The position numbers and the translations under genes are program-made. From Spirochaetia bacterium (lineage in GTDB: Bacteria; Spirochaetota; Spirochaetia; SZUA-6; Bin103): DNA of 64,000 nt. Below the pieces are notes generated by a model, which saw only the letters and a program-made list of their open reading frames with translations, was not told the origin of the DNA and ran no database searches. Below, piece after piece: positions 46,211 to 57,315 of the stretch (position 1 is the stretch's first letter; every line of letters begins with the position of its first letter). The stretch spans positions 1,970,681 to 2,034,680 of the forward strand of contig OZ251573.1 in NCBI GenBank assembly GCA_965243545.1. The letters are read 5' to 3'.

Positions 46211-47994
46211 CAATCGTCGTTTTTGATAGTGATGGTCGCCACGCACCGCCCGCACGTCGCAACCGGCCCGGGCGAGCGCTCCTCCGGGACCGGTGCGATC
46301 GTCACTCTGAACGTCTCATCCGCTTCCTTGGTGTTGTCCCCCACAAAGTAGAACGTCAGCCAGCCTGAACCGGGAGCGCCGCGGCGCTTGGTGCTGAATA
46401 TCCACTCGCCATTATAGTAGGTATAGTCATCGCCGATGTTCGCACCGGCGGGGCGCTGGCCCCCGGGAGCTTCGGCGCACCTCGGATCGTCATTTCTTAT
46501 ACACCAGTGAGGACCTTCATATCCTGTCGCCGTGACGTCCGACACCACAGCACGGTACTTTGTCTCCGTCCCCGCCGGTTGCGAATGCCCCCGCCAGTAA
46601 ACATTGAATCTCCGCTCCAGGAGCTGGCCTTCGCTGCCTTCGATCCAGCTCGCATCGTCGATCCAAAGGGTCCCATCGACGCCTTTTGGGTCAGGCCCCC
46701 GCACCTGCCCGGAGGTGAACGACCACACGTTGCCTCGGGTGATCCCCTGGTCGTTCTTGGCGTCGACCCGCCAGTAGTATTTCTCGAAGGCATTCAGCCG
46801 CGGCCTCGGTATCGTATAGGAGGTGCCGGTGATGCGGATCGGCGTACCCAGGAATTCGTCCGCGGCGAGGTTCCGTTCATCCCAGTACCGTTCGCTACCC
46901 CAGTACAAGTCATAGCTGGACGCCCCGGCGCCGGCGGACCAACGCAGCACCGGCGCGTAGACAGTCACCTCGGCAGCCCCGTCGCGGGGTTGCGGATTGC
47001 CGGGAGCGGCCGGCAGCCCCACGACCGGCGGCGTATAACCGCCGACCGGTGGCGGCGCCTCGCCGGTGGTGAACGACCATACGTTGCCGGTGGTGGCGCC
47101 GGCGTTGTTCTTGGCGTCGACCCGCCAGTAGTAGGTCGTTTCGCCCGCCAGGCGCCGCTCCGCCGCGGTCGCGCCCGGCCTCCGTATCGTCACGGCGGGG
47201 GTGGTGGTTTGGACCGGCGTACCCAGGTCGGCGTCGGCGGCGAGGTTCTTCCCGGTTCCCCAGTACAGGTCGTAGCCGGTGGCGCGGGCGCCGGCGGCCC
47301 AGCTCAGCAGCGGCCCGTCAACGGTCACGCTGGTCGCCCCGTCACGGGGTTGCGGACTGCCGGCGGCTCCGGGAGCGGTGTCGGTTGCGCCCGGCGTCCC
47401 CGGCTCGTTCGGGGTGACCGGCTCGTCCGGCGCAGCCGGCTCCTCCGGAGCGCCCGGCGCCGGCCGGCCGGCCGGGATGGTCGGCGCCACGTCGTCCGGC
47501 AGGTCTTCCAGGTCGAAGTCATCCGGCAGGTCGGTCACCTGCGCTATGCACTCGTCGTTGGTGTCGACGACGCAGGTCGTTCCGTCGCCGCGGCGGCTGA
47601 GGACGTACAGACGATTACCGCCGGGGTAGTTGATCACGATCAGGTAGTACCGCGACTGCTGCGCCTGCGCCGTCCGGTCGTCCGGTGCGCCGGCCAGCGA
47701 TTGAGTCACCGGCGCCGAGCAGGCGGCCGGCGCCGTGGCTCCGCCCAAGTGCAGCGTGTCGGTGACGATCGCGCCGTGGATGCCCTGGCCGCGGTCGAGC
47801 AGCTGGATCGCCGAGTCGTCGCACGAGGCGCGCGACTCCGTCGGGATTGGCGTCGGGGCAGGTTCCGGTACCGGCGCGGCCGGCGTCGGGGCCGGCTCCG
47901 GGGAGACCGCCCCCGGCTGGCAGGCGGCCAGCAGGCCGGTCACGATCAGCAGCGGCGCCCACCGTTTCCAATGTCCACGTCGTTCTGCCTTCAT
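46210..47994 (-). CDS. lipoprotein with two tandem fibronectin-III-like modules and C-terminal beta-rich domain
   Basis: lipobox LLAACQ after signal peptide; two ~110-aa internal repeats (PQPRDGA..V.V..P.L.W.AGA...YDLYWG...LGTP...YYWRVDAKN..G.T.GNVWSFT.G); Pro-rich linkers. Confidence 0.55.
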   Translation of the reverse strand: MKAERRGHWKRWAPLLIVTGLLAACQPGAVSPEPAPTPAAPVPEPAPTPIPTESRASCDDSAIQLLDRGQGIHGAIVTDTLHLGGATAPAACSAPVTQSLAGAPDDRTAQAQQSRYYLIVINYPGGNRLYVLSRRGDGTTCVVDTNDECIAQVTDLPDDFDLEDLPDDVAPTIPAGRPAPGAPEEPAAPDEPVTPNEPGTPGATDTAPGAAGSPQPRDGATSVTVDGPLLSWAAGARATGYDLYWGTGKNLAADADLGTPVQTTTPAVTIRRPGATAAERRLAGETTYYWRVDAKNNAGATTGNVWSFTTGEAPPPVGGYTPPVVGLPAAPGNPQPRDGAAEVTVYAPVLRWSAGAGASSYDLYWGSERYWDERNLAADEFLGTPIRITGTSYTIPRPRLNAFEKYYWRVDAKNDQGITRGNVWSFTSGQVRGPDPKGVDGTLWIDDASWIEGSEGQLLERRFNVYWRGHSQPAGTETKYRAVVSDVTATGYEGPHWCIRNDDPRCAEAPGGQRPAGANIGDDYTYYNGEWIFSTKRRGAPGSGWLTFYFVGDNTKEADETFRVTIAPVPEERSPGPVATCGRCVATITIKNDD

Positions 47995-48124
47995 GGTCCT
48001 TCCTCCGGCGCGTCGCCGGCCCGTACCTGCCAGCCTACGCGCACACTGCAGCGCAACGCAACCCGCGACCGCGCCGCCGCGGCCGCCCGGAATCGTGATA
48101 CCATCGTACCTTGAGACGTGGTTG

Positions 48125-48772
48125 ATGACCGTTCAGGAGCGCCAACGCACGAACGCCGCGCCGGCCGGCCGCGAATCCCACGACGCGGTTCACGGTTTCC
48201 CGGTGGTGGTCCGGCCGCTGACCGCGCTCTCGGACGACCAGTTCCATCGGTTCTGCCGACTCAACGATGAGCTTCAGATCGAACGCACCGCGCAGGGCGA
48301 CCTGCTGATCATGGCGCCGGCCTCGTTTCGGACCAGCCATCTCAACCTGCGCATCGCGGTCCAGCTGGCCCGCTGGGCCGAACGCGACGGCACCGGCCTT
48401 GCCACCGAGTCGTCGGGCGGCTTCGTCCTGCCCGACTCTGCGGTGGTGGCGCCGGATGCCGCGTGGATTCGCCGCGACCGTCTCAACACCGTGCCGCGCG
48501 ATCGGCAGGACCGTTTCCTGCCGCTCTGCCCGGACTTCGTGATCGAGCTCCTGTCGCCCACCGATACGCTCGCCAGGACGCAGGCCAAAGTGCGTCATTA
48601 CGTCGCCAACGGACTGCGGCTCGGCTGGTTGATCGATCCGTTCGGACGCCGCGTGTACGTGTACCGCCGCGATGCGGAGATGAAGTACTGGACGATCCTG
48701 ACGTGGTTGACGGCGATCCGGTCCTGCCCGGATTTCGCCTCGACTTCCGCAGTATCGGGTAGCGGCGGATGA
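48125..48772 (+). CDS. Uma2-family (DUF820, restriction-endonuclease-like fold) protein
   Basis: PLTALSDDQFHRFCRLNDELQIERTAQGDLLIMAPASF...FVLPDSAVVAPDAAWI...PDFVIELLSP matches Uma2 conserved D/E-K core. Confidence 0.7.
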   Translation: MTVQERQRTNAAPAGRESHDAVHGFPVVVRPLTALSDDQFHRFCRLNDELQIERTAQGDLLIMAPASFRTSHLNLRIAVQLARWAERDGTGLATESSGGFVLPDSAVVAPDAAWIRRDRLNTVPRDRQDRFLPLCPDFVIELLSPTDTLARTQAKVRHYVANGLRLGWLIDPFGRRVYVYRRDAEMKYWTILTWLTAIRSCPDFASTSAVSGSGG

Positions 48773-48802
48773 CGGAGCTGGCGGGTTCGTCCGAAACGGT
48801 AG

Positions 48803-48866
48803 CCTGACGGCGTGGAGACGTTCGAGCGGTCGACGGCCCTCCCCCACCCGGCGGACCGCGTGTTCG
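48803..48866 (+). repeat. right copy of ~60-bp direct repeat (overlaps start of downstream gene)
   Basis: see left copy; ~93% identity. Confidence 0.8.
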
Positions 48867-50194
48867 CTTGGCACGAGCGCCCCGGCGCGTTCGAGCGCTA
48901 CGCGCCGCCGCGGCAGCGCGTCGAAACGCTTGAGCGCACCGGGTCGATCCGCGACGGCGACCGCGTCACCCTGCGCGTGCGCCTGGGACCGTTCAGCGCG
49001 CGTTGGACGCTGCAGCACGAAGGCTACCGGCCGGGCGAGGCGTTCGACGACCGGCAGCTGGCCGGTCCGTACCGCTCCTGGCGCCACCAGCGCCAGTTCC
49101 GCGCGACGGGGGAGTCGAGCTGCGAGCTGAGCGACCGCATCAGCTACGAGCTGGGCATGCCCACCGCGCTGCTCGGCCGCGCGTGGCACCGGCGCACGCT
49201 CGACCGCGCCTTCCGCTACCGCCACGCGCGGCTGCGCCGCGACCTGGACCGTCACGCGGCCGGGCCGGCGGAACCGCGGCGGGTGCTGATCACCGGCGCG
49301 TCCGGCCTGATCGGCGGCGCGCTGGCGGCGTTCCTGGCCAGCGGCGGTCACCGGGTCGTCCGGCTGGTGCGGCGCGCTCCGGCCGCCGGCGACGAGATTG
49401 CCTGGAACCCGGACGCCGGGCGGATCGACGCGGACGCCCTGGACGGGTTCGACGCGGTGTTCCACCTGGCGGGCGAAAGCATCGGCGGCGGCCGGTGGAC
49501 CGCCGCGCGCCGGCAGCGCATCCGCAACAGCCGCATCGCGTCGACCGGACTGCTGTGCGGCGCGTTGGCCCGGCTGCGCCGGCCGCCGGCCGTACTGGTG
49601 TCGGCGTCCGCGGTCGGCTACTACGGCGAAGCCGACGGCGCGTTGGATGAGTCCGCGCCGGCCGGAGACGGCTTCCTGGCCGAGGTGACCGCCGCTTGGG
49701 AACAGGCCGCCGCGCCGGCGCGCGCGGCCGGCATCCGCGTGGCGCACGCCCGGCTCGGCCCGGTGCTGAGCCCGGTGGGCGGGCTGCTGAAGCGGCTGCT
49801 GCCGGTGTTCCGCGCCGGCGCCGGCGGCGTGGTCGGCAGCGGCCGGCAGCCGATCAGCTGGATCGGACTCGACGACGCGGTGGGCGCCCTGCACGCGCTG
49901 ATGGCCACCGAAGCGGCGCACGGCGCCTTCAACGTGACCGCCCCGGAGGCGGCCACCAACCGCCAGCTCACGGCCGCGCTGGCGGCCGTGCTGCGCCGCC
50001 CGGCGTTCGCGCCGGTACCCGCCTTCGCCATCCGCGCCCTGTTCGGCGAGATGGGCGACCGGCTCATCCTCAACGGGCAGCGCGCCGTCCCGGCGCGCCT
50101 GGCCGAGATCGGCTTCCGTTGGCTGGAGCCGACCCTGGACGGCGCGTTGCGCTGGGAACTCGGCATACCCGCCGCGGCGCCCTCCTCCGGCTGA
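48812..50194 (+). CDS. TIGR01777-family protein: N-terminal SRPBCC (polyketide-cyclase-like) domain fused to NAD-dependent epimerase/dehydratase-like domain with DUF1731
   Basis: GTG start; ITGASGLIGGAL Rossmann motif at residue ~158; known YfcH-like architecture. Confidence 0.7.
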   Translation: METFERSTALPHPADRVFAWHERPGAFERYAPPRQRVETLERTGSIRDGDRVTLRVRLGPFSARWTLQHEGYRPGEAFDDRQLAGPYRSWRHQRQFRATGESSCELSDRISYELGMPTALLGRAWHRRTLDRAFRYRHARLRRDLDRHAAGPAEPRRVLITGASGLIGGALAAFLASGGHRVVRLVRRAPAAGDEIAWNPDAGRIDADALDGFDAVFHLAGESIGGGRWTAARRQRIRNSRIASTGLLCGALARLRRPPAVLVSASAVGYYGEADGALDESAPAGDGFLAEVTAAWEQAAAPARAAGIRVAHARLGPVLSPVGGLLKRLLPVFRAGAGGVVGSGRQPISWIGLDDAVGALHALMATEAAHGAFNVTAPEAATNRQLTAALAAVLRRPAFAPVPAFAIRALFGEMGDRLILNGQRAVPARLAEIGFRWLEPTLDGALRWELGIPAAAPSSG

Positions 50195-50254
50195 CGCCAA
50201 CCGCGCCGCGGTCCAACGGGTCTGCCTGCGGGGGCGGCCGATTCCCGTCCACGC

Positions 50255-50590
50255 TCATCGCCTCGCGAGCCCCTCGGCGAGGATCGTGGTAGCGAGATGA
50301 TTGAGACTCACCCCCTCGGTCTCGGCCCGTTTGGCAAGTTTCATGTGCAGGCTCTTCGGGATGCGCTGGACAAACTGGCCGCTGTAGGTCTTCGGCGCCG
50401 GCGCCACACCCTTGTCCTCCATCTCGGCCGTCATCCACGCACGCCATGCATCTCTCGCCTCGGCAATCGCTTCTTCGACGGTCCGGCCATCGGCGATGCA
50501 GCCGGGAAGATCGGGAATGGCGACCAGGTAGCCGCCTCCATCGTCATCGGGTATCGGACTGACGGTGATCGGGTAGTCCTCGAATCTCAT
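50255..50590 (-). CDS. hicB: type II toxin-antitoxin system HicB-family antitoxin
   Basis: 111 aa, N-terminal UPF0150/HicB fold (YLVAIPDLPGCIADGRTVEEAIAEARDA) plus C-terminal RHH-like DNA-binding tail. Confidence 0.7.
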   Translation of the reverse strand: MRFEDYPITVSPIPDDDGGGYLVAIPDLPGCIADGRTVEEAIAEARDAWRAWMTAEMEDKGVAPAPKTYSGQFVQRIPKSLHMKLAKRAETEGVSLNHLATTILAEGLARR

Positions 50591-50793
50591 TGCGCGGCCT
50601 CCTCTACCAGAGCTACCAGCCGTCGGATATAGAACGGCTTGATGGGCTTATGCATGGGAACCGTCAAGTGACGGCCACGTGAGTCGGTGATCACGGCGTG
50701 GCTCGTCCCGCGTTGACGCAGCATCAGGTGGTGCGCGCGCACCAGTGTCCTGACGTCGGCTGGCGTCCAGTCCCCCCGCGGATTCGCTTTCAT
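50587..50793 (-). CDS. hicA: type II toxin-antitoxin system HicA-family toxin
   Basis: 68-aa product from internal Met (MKANPRGDW...GTSHAVITDSRGRHLTVPMHKPIKPFYIRRLV) fits HicA (GSH..., TVP.H) pattern; 4-nt overlap with hicB. Confidence 0.6.
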   Translation of the reverse strand: MKANPRGDWTPADVRTLVRAHHLMLRQRGTSHAVITDSRGRHLTVPMHKPIKPFYIRRLVALVEEAAQ

Positions 50794-50924
50794 CGATTCG
50801 AGTAGATGTCTCGACCGGCCCACGGCGTTATTGATACTGCATTCAGTATCACGGTCAAGCGGCCGCGGCGGGCGTGATCCCGGCCGCTTGCGCGGCGGCG
50901 CCGCTTCGATGTTCCATACGCGCC

Positions 50925-51905
50925 ATGGGTAGTCACGCATTCACGATCGGCATGTTCATCGGCGAGCTGCGCATGGACGACTTCGACCGCGCCCTGGAAC
51001 GGGTGCGGGCGATCGGCCCCACGGACATACTGGTGCATTCGCTGGGGGCCGAAGGTTCGATCGGCGACCTGACCGACGCGCAGGCCGACCGCCTGGGCAA
51101 ACGGCTGGAGGCGCACGGCGTGACCCCGCGCCTGTTCGGCGGCAACGTCTTCAAGGAGGTCCACCTGGCCGACCTGGAGATCGACTCCATGGCCGATCAT
51201 CCGCAGTTCCGGGACCACTTCCGGCGCTTGGTGCGGGGCATGCAGATCGGCGACCGGCTCGGCTTCCGCGACGTGTGCACCTTCACCTTCGCGTGGCCGG
51301 GCGAATACGCCACCGGCCGGCCGCAGGGCCGCGGATCGCCCACGTGGCCGATGCGTTGGGCCACGCGCGGCGGCATCATCGGCCGCACCGACATGGACAA
51401 GCTGGAAAAGGGGTTCACGTTGATGCTGGAGCAGGCCGAGCGGTACGACGTCAACCTGGTGCTGATGCAGATGCCCTGGAACTACACCAACACCACCGGC
51501 AACTTCCGCCGGGTCGCCGAGCGGCTCGCCTCGCCGCGCATCCGCGTCATGTGGGGGCCGGCCGACAACGTCAACTGCGGCGAGTCCGACACGGCCACCG
51601 CCGGCTTCCGCAACGTGCGGCCCTACGTGCACGGACTCCACATGAAGGACCTGCGGGTCAACCACGGCCCCGACCTCGACTTCACCTACTGCCCGATCGG
51701 CCAAGGCCACACCGACTACGCGACCGTGCTGCGCAACCTGCACGAACACGGCGTTCCGGCCTTCCTGTCGGTCGCCAGCCATTACGTGCCGCCCGGCCGC
51801 GATCCCGGCGACCCGGCGGCGTGCGAGGAGGCGTTGCGCGCCAACTACCGGACGGTCACGGAACTGGTCGACCGGATCACCGCCGGACCGGCGGCGCCGG
51901 CATGA
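50925..51905 (+). CDS. sugar phosphate isomerase/epimerase (xylose-isomerase-like TIM barrel)
   Basis: MGSHAFTIGMFIGEL start; AP_endonuc_2-type layout; stop TGA overlaps ATG of ddl (ATGA). Confidence 0.65.
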   Translation: MGSHAFTIGMFIGELRMDDFDRALERVRAIGPTDILVHSLGAEGSIGDLTDAQADRLGKRLEAHGVTPRLFGGNVFKEVHLADLEIDSMADHPQFRDHFRRLVRGMQIGDRLGFRDVCTFTFAWPGEYATGRPQGRGSPTWPMRWATRGGIIGRTDMDKLEKGFTLMLEQAERYDVNLVLMQMPWNYTNTTGNFRRVAERLASPRIRVMWGPADNVNCGESDTATAGFRNVRPYVHGLHMKDLRVNHGPDLDFTYCPIGQGHTDYATVLRNLHEHGVPAFLSVASHYVPPGRDPGDPAACEEALRANYRTVTELVDRITAGPAAPA

Positions 51906-53059
51906 CACGCACCGGCTTCGTGGTGTAGGAACACGCCATCCGCATCGGCATCATCTACGGCGGCCGTTCCGCCGAGCACGACGTATCCCGCCAGTCCGCG
52001 TTCAACGTCCTCAACGCCATCGACCGGTCGGCGCATGAGGTGGTGGTGTTGCGCATAGACCGGCGCGGCTCCTGGCGGCGCGAGGACCCGGACGCGTTCC
52101 TGGCCCGCACCCTGCTGGCGGACGAACGCGGCGCGGCCGGCGCCGCCGTTCCCGGCGCCGCCGTTCCCGGCGCGGACTTGGCGCAGATCGCCCTGTGGCC
52201 GGACGCGCCGCCGTTCGAGCCGCCGGAGCGGCCGAGCGTCGTCACGCCGGACGCGCTGCAGATGCTCGACGTGGTGTTTCCCGTGCTGCACGGCCCGTAC
52301 GGCGAGGACGGATCGGTGCAGGGGCTGCTGAAGACCGCCGGCATCCCGTTCGCGGGGCCGGGCGTGCTGGCCGCCGCGGTCGGCATGGACAAGGACGTGA
52401 TGAAGAGGCTGCTGCGCACCGCCGGCATCCGGGTCGCCGACTTCCTGGTCGCGCACGCCGCCGGCCCTCGCCCGGCATGGGACGCCATCACCGCGCAGCT
52501 CGGCTCGCCGGTCTTCGTCAAGCCGGCCAACCTCGGTTCCTCGGTCGGCATCCGCAAGGCGGCGGCGGCCAGCCCCTTTGCCGAGGCGCTCGAAGAGGCG
52601 TTCGCCTACGACGCCAAGGTCCTGATCGAGCGCGCCATCGCCGGACGGGAGATCGAGTGCGCGGTGCTCGGCAACGAAGCGCCGATCGCGTCGGTGCCGG
52701 GCGAGGTGATCCCGCACCACGAGTTCTACAGCTACGAGGCGAAGTATCTGGACGACGACGGCGCGGAGCTGGCGATACCGGCCGACCTGACGCCAGCGGC
52801 GGCGGAGCGGACGCGGGAACTGTCGCTGGCCGCCTACCGCGCCCTCTGCTGCGACGGCATGGCGCGCGTCGACTTCTTTCTCCGGGACGACGGCGAGCTG
52901 CTGGTCAACGAGATCAACACCATCCCCGGCTTCACGCCCATCAGCATGTATCCAAATCTGTGGGAGGCGTCCGGAATACCGTACTCCGAGCTGATCGAAC
53001 GCCTGCTGCAGCTCGGCATCGAGCGGTACGAACGGGAGCGCGCCCTGCGCAGCGACTGA
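51902..53059 (+). CDS. ddl: D-alanine--D-alanine ligase; annotated start is ATGA-coupled but an in-frame TAG occurs at codon 9 (51926-51928)
   Basis: IRIGIIYGGRSAEHDVSRQSAFNV, ...GLLKTAGIPFAGPGV..., C-terminal NEINTIPGFTPISMYP; boundaries uncertain because of the in-frame stop. Confidence 0.8.
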
Positions 53060-53089
53060 CCGGCCGCCGCGGCGCGGCCGGTCACCCGG

Positions 53090-53710
53090 CTACATCGCCA
53101 CCAGGTCCTTGATCTTCATGAGCCGGCTGATGTTGCCGCGCTCCAGCTCCTGCAGCTTGGCGCTGATGTACTTGATGGTGTCCGCCTGCTGCGGGATCAG
53201 CACGTACTCCAGCGCGTTGACGCGGCGCCGCGTCCGCTCGATCTCGTCGGCCACCAGCTCGATCGTCTTCTCGATTTCGGCAAGCTCGACCATGCGCTGC
53301 AGCGTCCGGCGCAGCTCCCCCATGGCGTCGTCGAGGTCGCTGGTGGTGTCGTCGATCCCGTAGGAGATCATGTTGCCTTCGATCGCAAAGTCGAACACCG
53401 GCACGCGCACGTTCATGATCATGCGCTCCCGCATCGACAACCGCGCCTGGCACTCCGGGAACGCCAACGCCGCCCGGTAGAGCGGCGCCGGCATCGACGC
53501 CGACGCCATGATGAACCGCTTGAACAGCGCGTTGATCTCCGCGTCGACCTCCCGGCGCAGGGTCTGATACCGCCGCACGATCTCCGTGAAGTCCTGCAGC
53601 AGCCCCTCCAGCTTGTCCTTGAGCAGCTTGTGTCCGCGCTGGGCCACCACCTGCTTCTTCTTCAGGCGGAGCAGCTCCATCCGGTTCGGGCTGACCGCGA
53701 TCGTCGCCAT
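53090..53710 (-). CDS. atpD: V-type ATP synthase subunit D
   Basis: 206 aa, MATIAVSPNRMELLRLKKKQVVAQRGHKLLKDK typical V/A-ATPase D. Confidence 0.85.
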   Translation of the reverse strand: MATIAVSPNRMELLRLKKKQVVAQRGHKLLKDKLEGLLQDFTEIVRRYQTLRREVDAEINALFKRFIMASASMPAPLYRAALAFPECQARLSMRERMIMNVRVPVFDFAIEGNMISYGIDDTTSDLDDAMGELRRTLQRMVELAEIEKTIELVADEIERTRRRVNALEYVLIPQQADTIKYISAKLQELERGNISRLMKIKDLVAM

Positions 53711-53737
53711 GCGCCGCTCCCCGCGCTCCGCGGCCGC

Positions 53738-55167
53738 CTACGCGCCCGCCGCCGCGGCGCCCGCCGCCACGGCGGCCGGGGCCGGGGAAGCGGCGGCCGG
53801 TTCGGCTTCCAGGTACTTGTCTATGTGCTCGGCGTCGACCCGCTTCAGTTCGGCGCGCGGCAGCAGCCCCAGCAGCCGCCAGCCGATGCGCAAGGTGTCT
53901 TCGATGGAGCGGTTCTCGTAGAAGCCCTGGTTCACGTACTCCCGCTCGAAGCGGTCGGCGAAGGTGACGTACTGACGGTCCATCTCGCTCAACGACGCTT
54001 CGCCCAGCACCACCGCCAGCTCGCGCATCTCATTGCCGCGCGCGTAGGCGGCGAACAGCTGATTGGCGACGCCCTGATGATCCTCCCGCGTCTTGCCTTC
54101 GCCCACCCCCTTCTGCATCAGGCGCGACAGCGACGGCGACACGTTGATCGGCGGCAGGATGCCCTTGCGGTAGATGGCGCGGTCCAGGAAGATCTGCCCT
54201 TCGGTGATGTAGCCGGTCAGGTCCGGGATCGGATGGGTGCGGTCGTCCTCCGGCATGGTGAGGATCGGGAACTGCGTGATCGACCCGCGCTTGCCCTTGA
54301 TGCGGCCGGCGCGCTCGTAGATCTGCGACAGGTCGGTGTACATGTAGCCGGGGTAGCCGCGGCGCCCCGGCACCTCCTTGCGGGCGGCCGACACCTCGCG
54401 CAACGCCTCGCAGTAGTTGGTCATGTCGGTGAGGATGACCAGCACGTGCATGTCGTGCTCGAACGCCAGGAACTCGGCGGTGGTGAGCGCCACGCGCGGG
54501 ATGGAGATGCGCTCCACCACCGGGTCGTCGGCCAGGTTGATGAACAGCACCGCCCGTTCGATGGCGCCGGTCCGCTCGAAGTCGTCGCGGAAGAAGTTGG
54601 CTTCCTCGAAGGTTATGCCCATGGCGGCGAACACCACCGCAAAGTCGCCGGAGTCGCCGAGCGTGCGCGCCTGGCGGGCGATCTGCGCGGCGAGCTGCGA
54701 GTGCGGCAGGCCCGATCCGGAGAAGATCGGCAGCTTCTGGCCGCGCACCAGCGTGAAGTTGCCGTCGATGGCGGAGATGCCGGTCTGGATGAACTCCGAC
54801 GGGAAGTCGCGGCTGTACGGGTTGATCGGCGACCCGGAGATGTCCCGGAACGCTTCCGGCACGATCTGGCCGGAGTCGTCGATCGGTTCGCCGATGCCGT
54901 TGAGAATGCGGCCCAGCATCTCGCGCGCCACGCGGGCGCGCATGCTCTTGCCCAGGAAGCGGACGGTCGCCTCGCCGGCGCCGATGCCCTGCGACGACTC
55001 GAACAGCTGCACCAGGGCGCGCCCGGTGGACGCTTCCAGCACCTGGCCGCGGCGGATGCTGCCGTCGGCCAGCTCCACCTCGGCCAGCTCGCCGAACTTG
55101 ACGTCTTCGATCTGATCGACGATCAGCAGCGGGCCTTCCAGCCCTTCGACGGTGCGGTATTCGCGGA

Positions 55168-55171
<4 letters not shown>
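53738..55171 (-). CDS. atpB: V-type ATP synthase subunit B
   Basis: 477 aa, [23 protein letters not shown]...; non-catalytic alpha/beta-type nucleotide-binding fold. Confidence 0.9.
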
Positions 55172-56940
<1,769 letters not shown>

Positions 56941-56963
56941 TTCCTGCGTCTCTCCTTAGCGTG

Positions 56964-57311
56964 TCAGTTCGCGCCGAGCAGATCGATGCCGATCGCCCGT
57001 TCCACGGCGTGGCGGATGCGCTCGTAGCCGATGCCGCGCGTCCCCGACTGATCGGGGACTATGATGATCGCCGGCACGGCGCCGGTCGAAAGCCGCTCCA
57101 TGGCGTCGAACAGCGGCTCGGCCAACGGTTCGGTGATGAAGATGATGGCGTACTCGCCGCTGCCGGCCAGATCGGTGAGCACCGACAGCGTGCGCGCCGG
57201 ATCGTCGGCGTCCTGGGCAAAGCCGTGCACGCCGCCTGCGGCAAAGCCGGCCACCGTGGCCGCATCGCCGATCATGGCGATCTTGTAGACCGCTCCCGCG
57301 CCGTCAGCCAT
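56964..57311 (-). CDS. atpF: V-type ATP synthase subunit F
   Basis: ~115 aa from internal Met (MADGAGAVYKIAMIGD...) matching V/A-ATPase F; upstream part of track ORF is Arg-rich junk. Confidence 0.75.
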   Translation of the reverse strand: MADGAGAVYKIAMIGDAATVAGFAAGGVHGFAQDADDPARTLSVLTDLAGSGEYAIIFITEPLAEPLFDAMERLSTGAVPAIIIVPDQSGTRGIGYERIRHAVERAIGIDLLGAN

Positions 57312-57315
57312 CGCT

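Noticed and set aside
48035-50200. 721-aa minus ORF
   Set aside because: Antisense to the Uma2 and TIGR01777 genes. Arg/Ala/Gly-rich.
50587-50940. Full 117-aa version of the hicA ORF
   Set aside because: The N-terminal 49 residues are Pro/Arg-rich and unlike HicA. The internal Met gives a canonical-length HicA.
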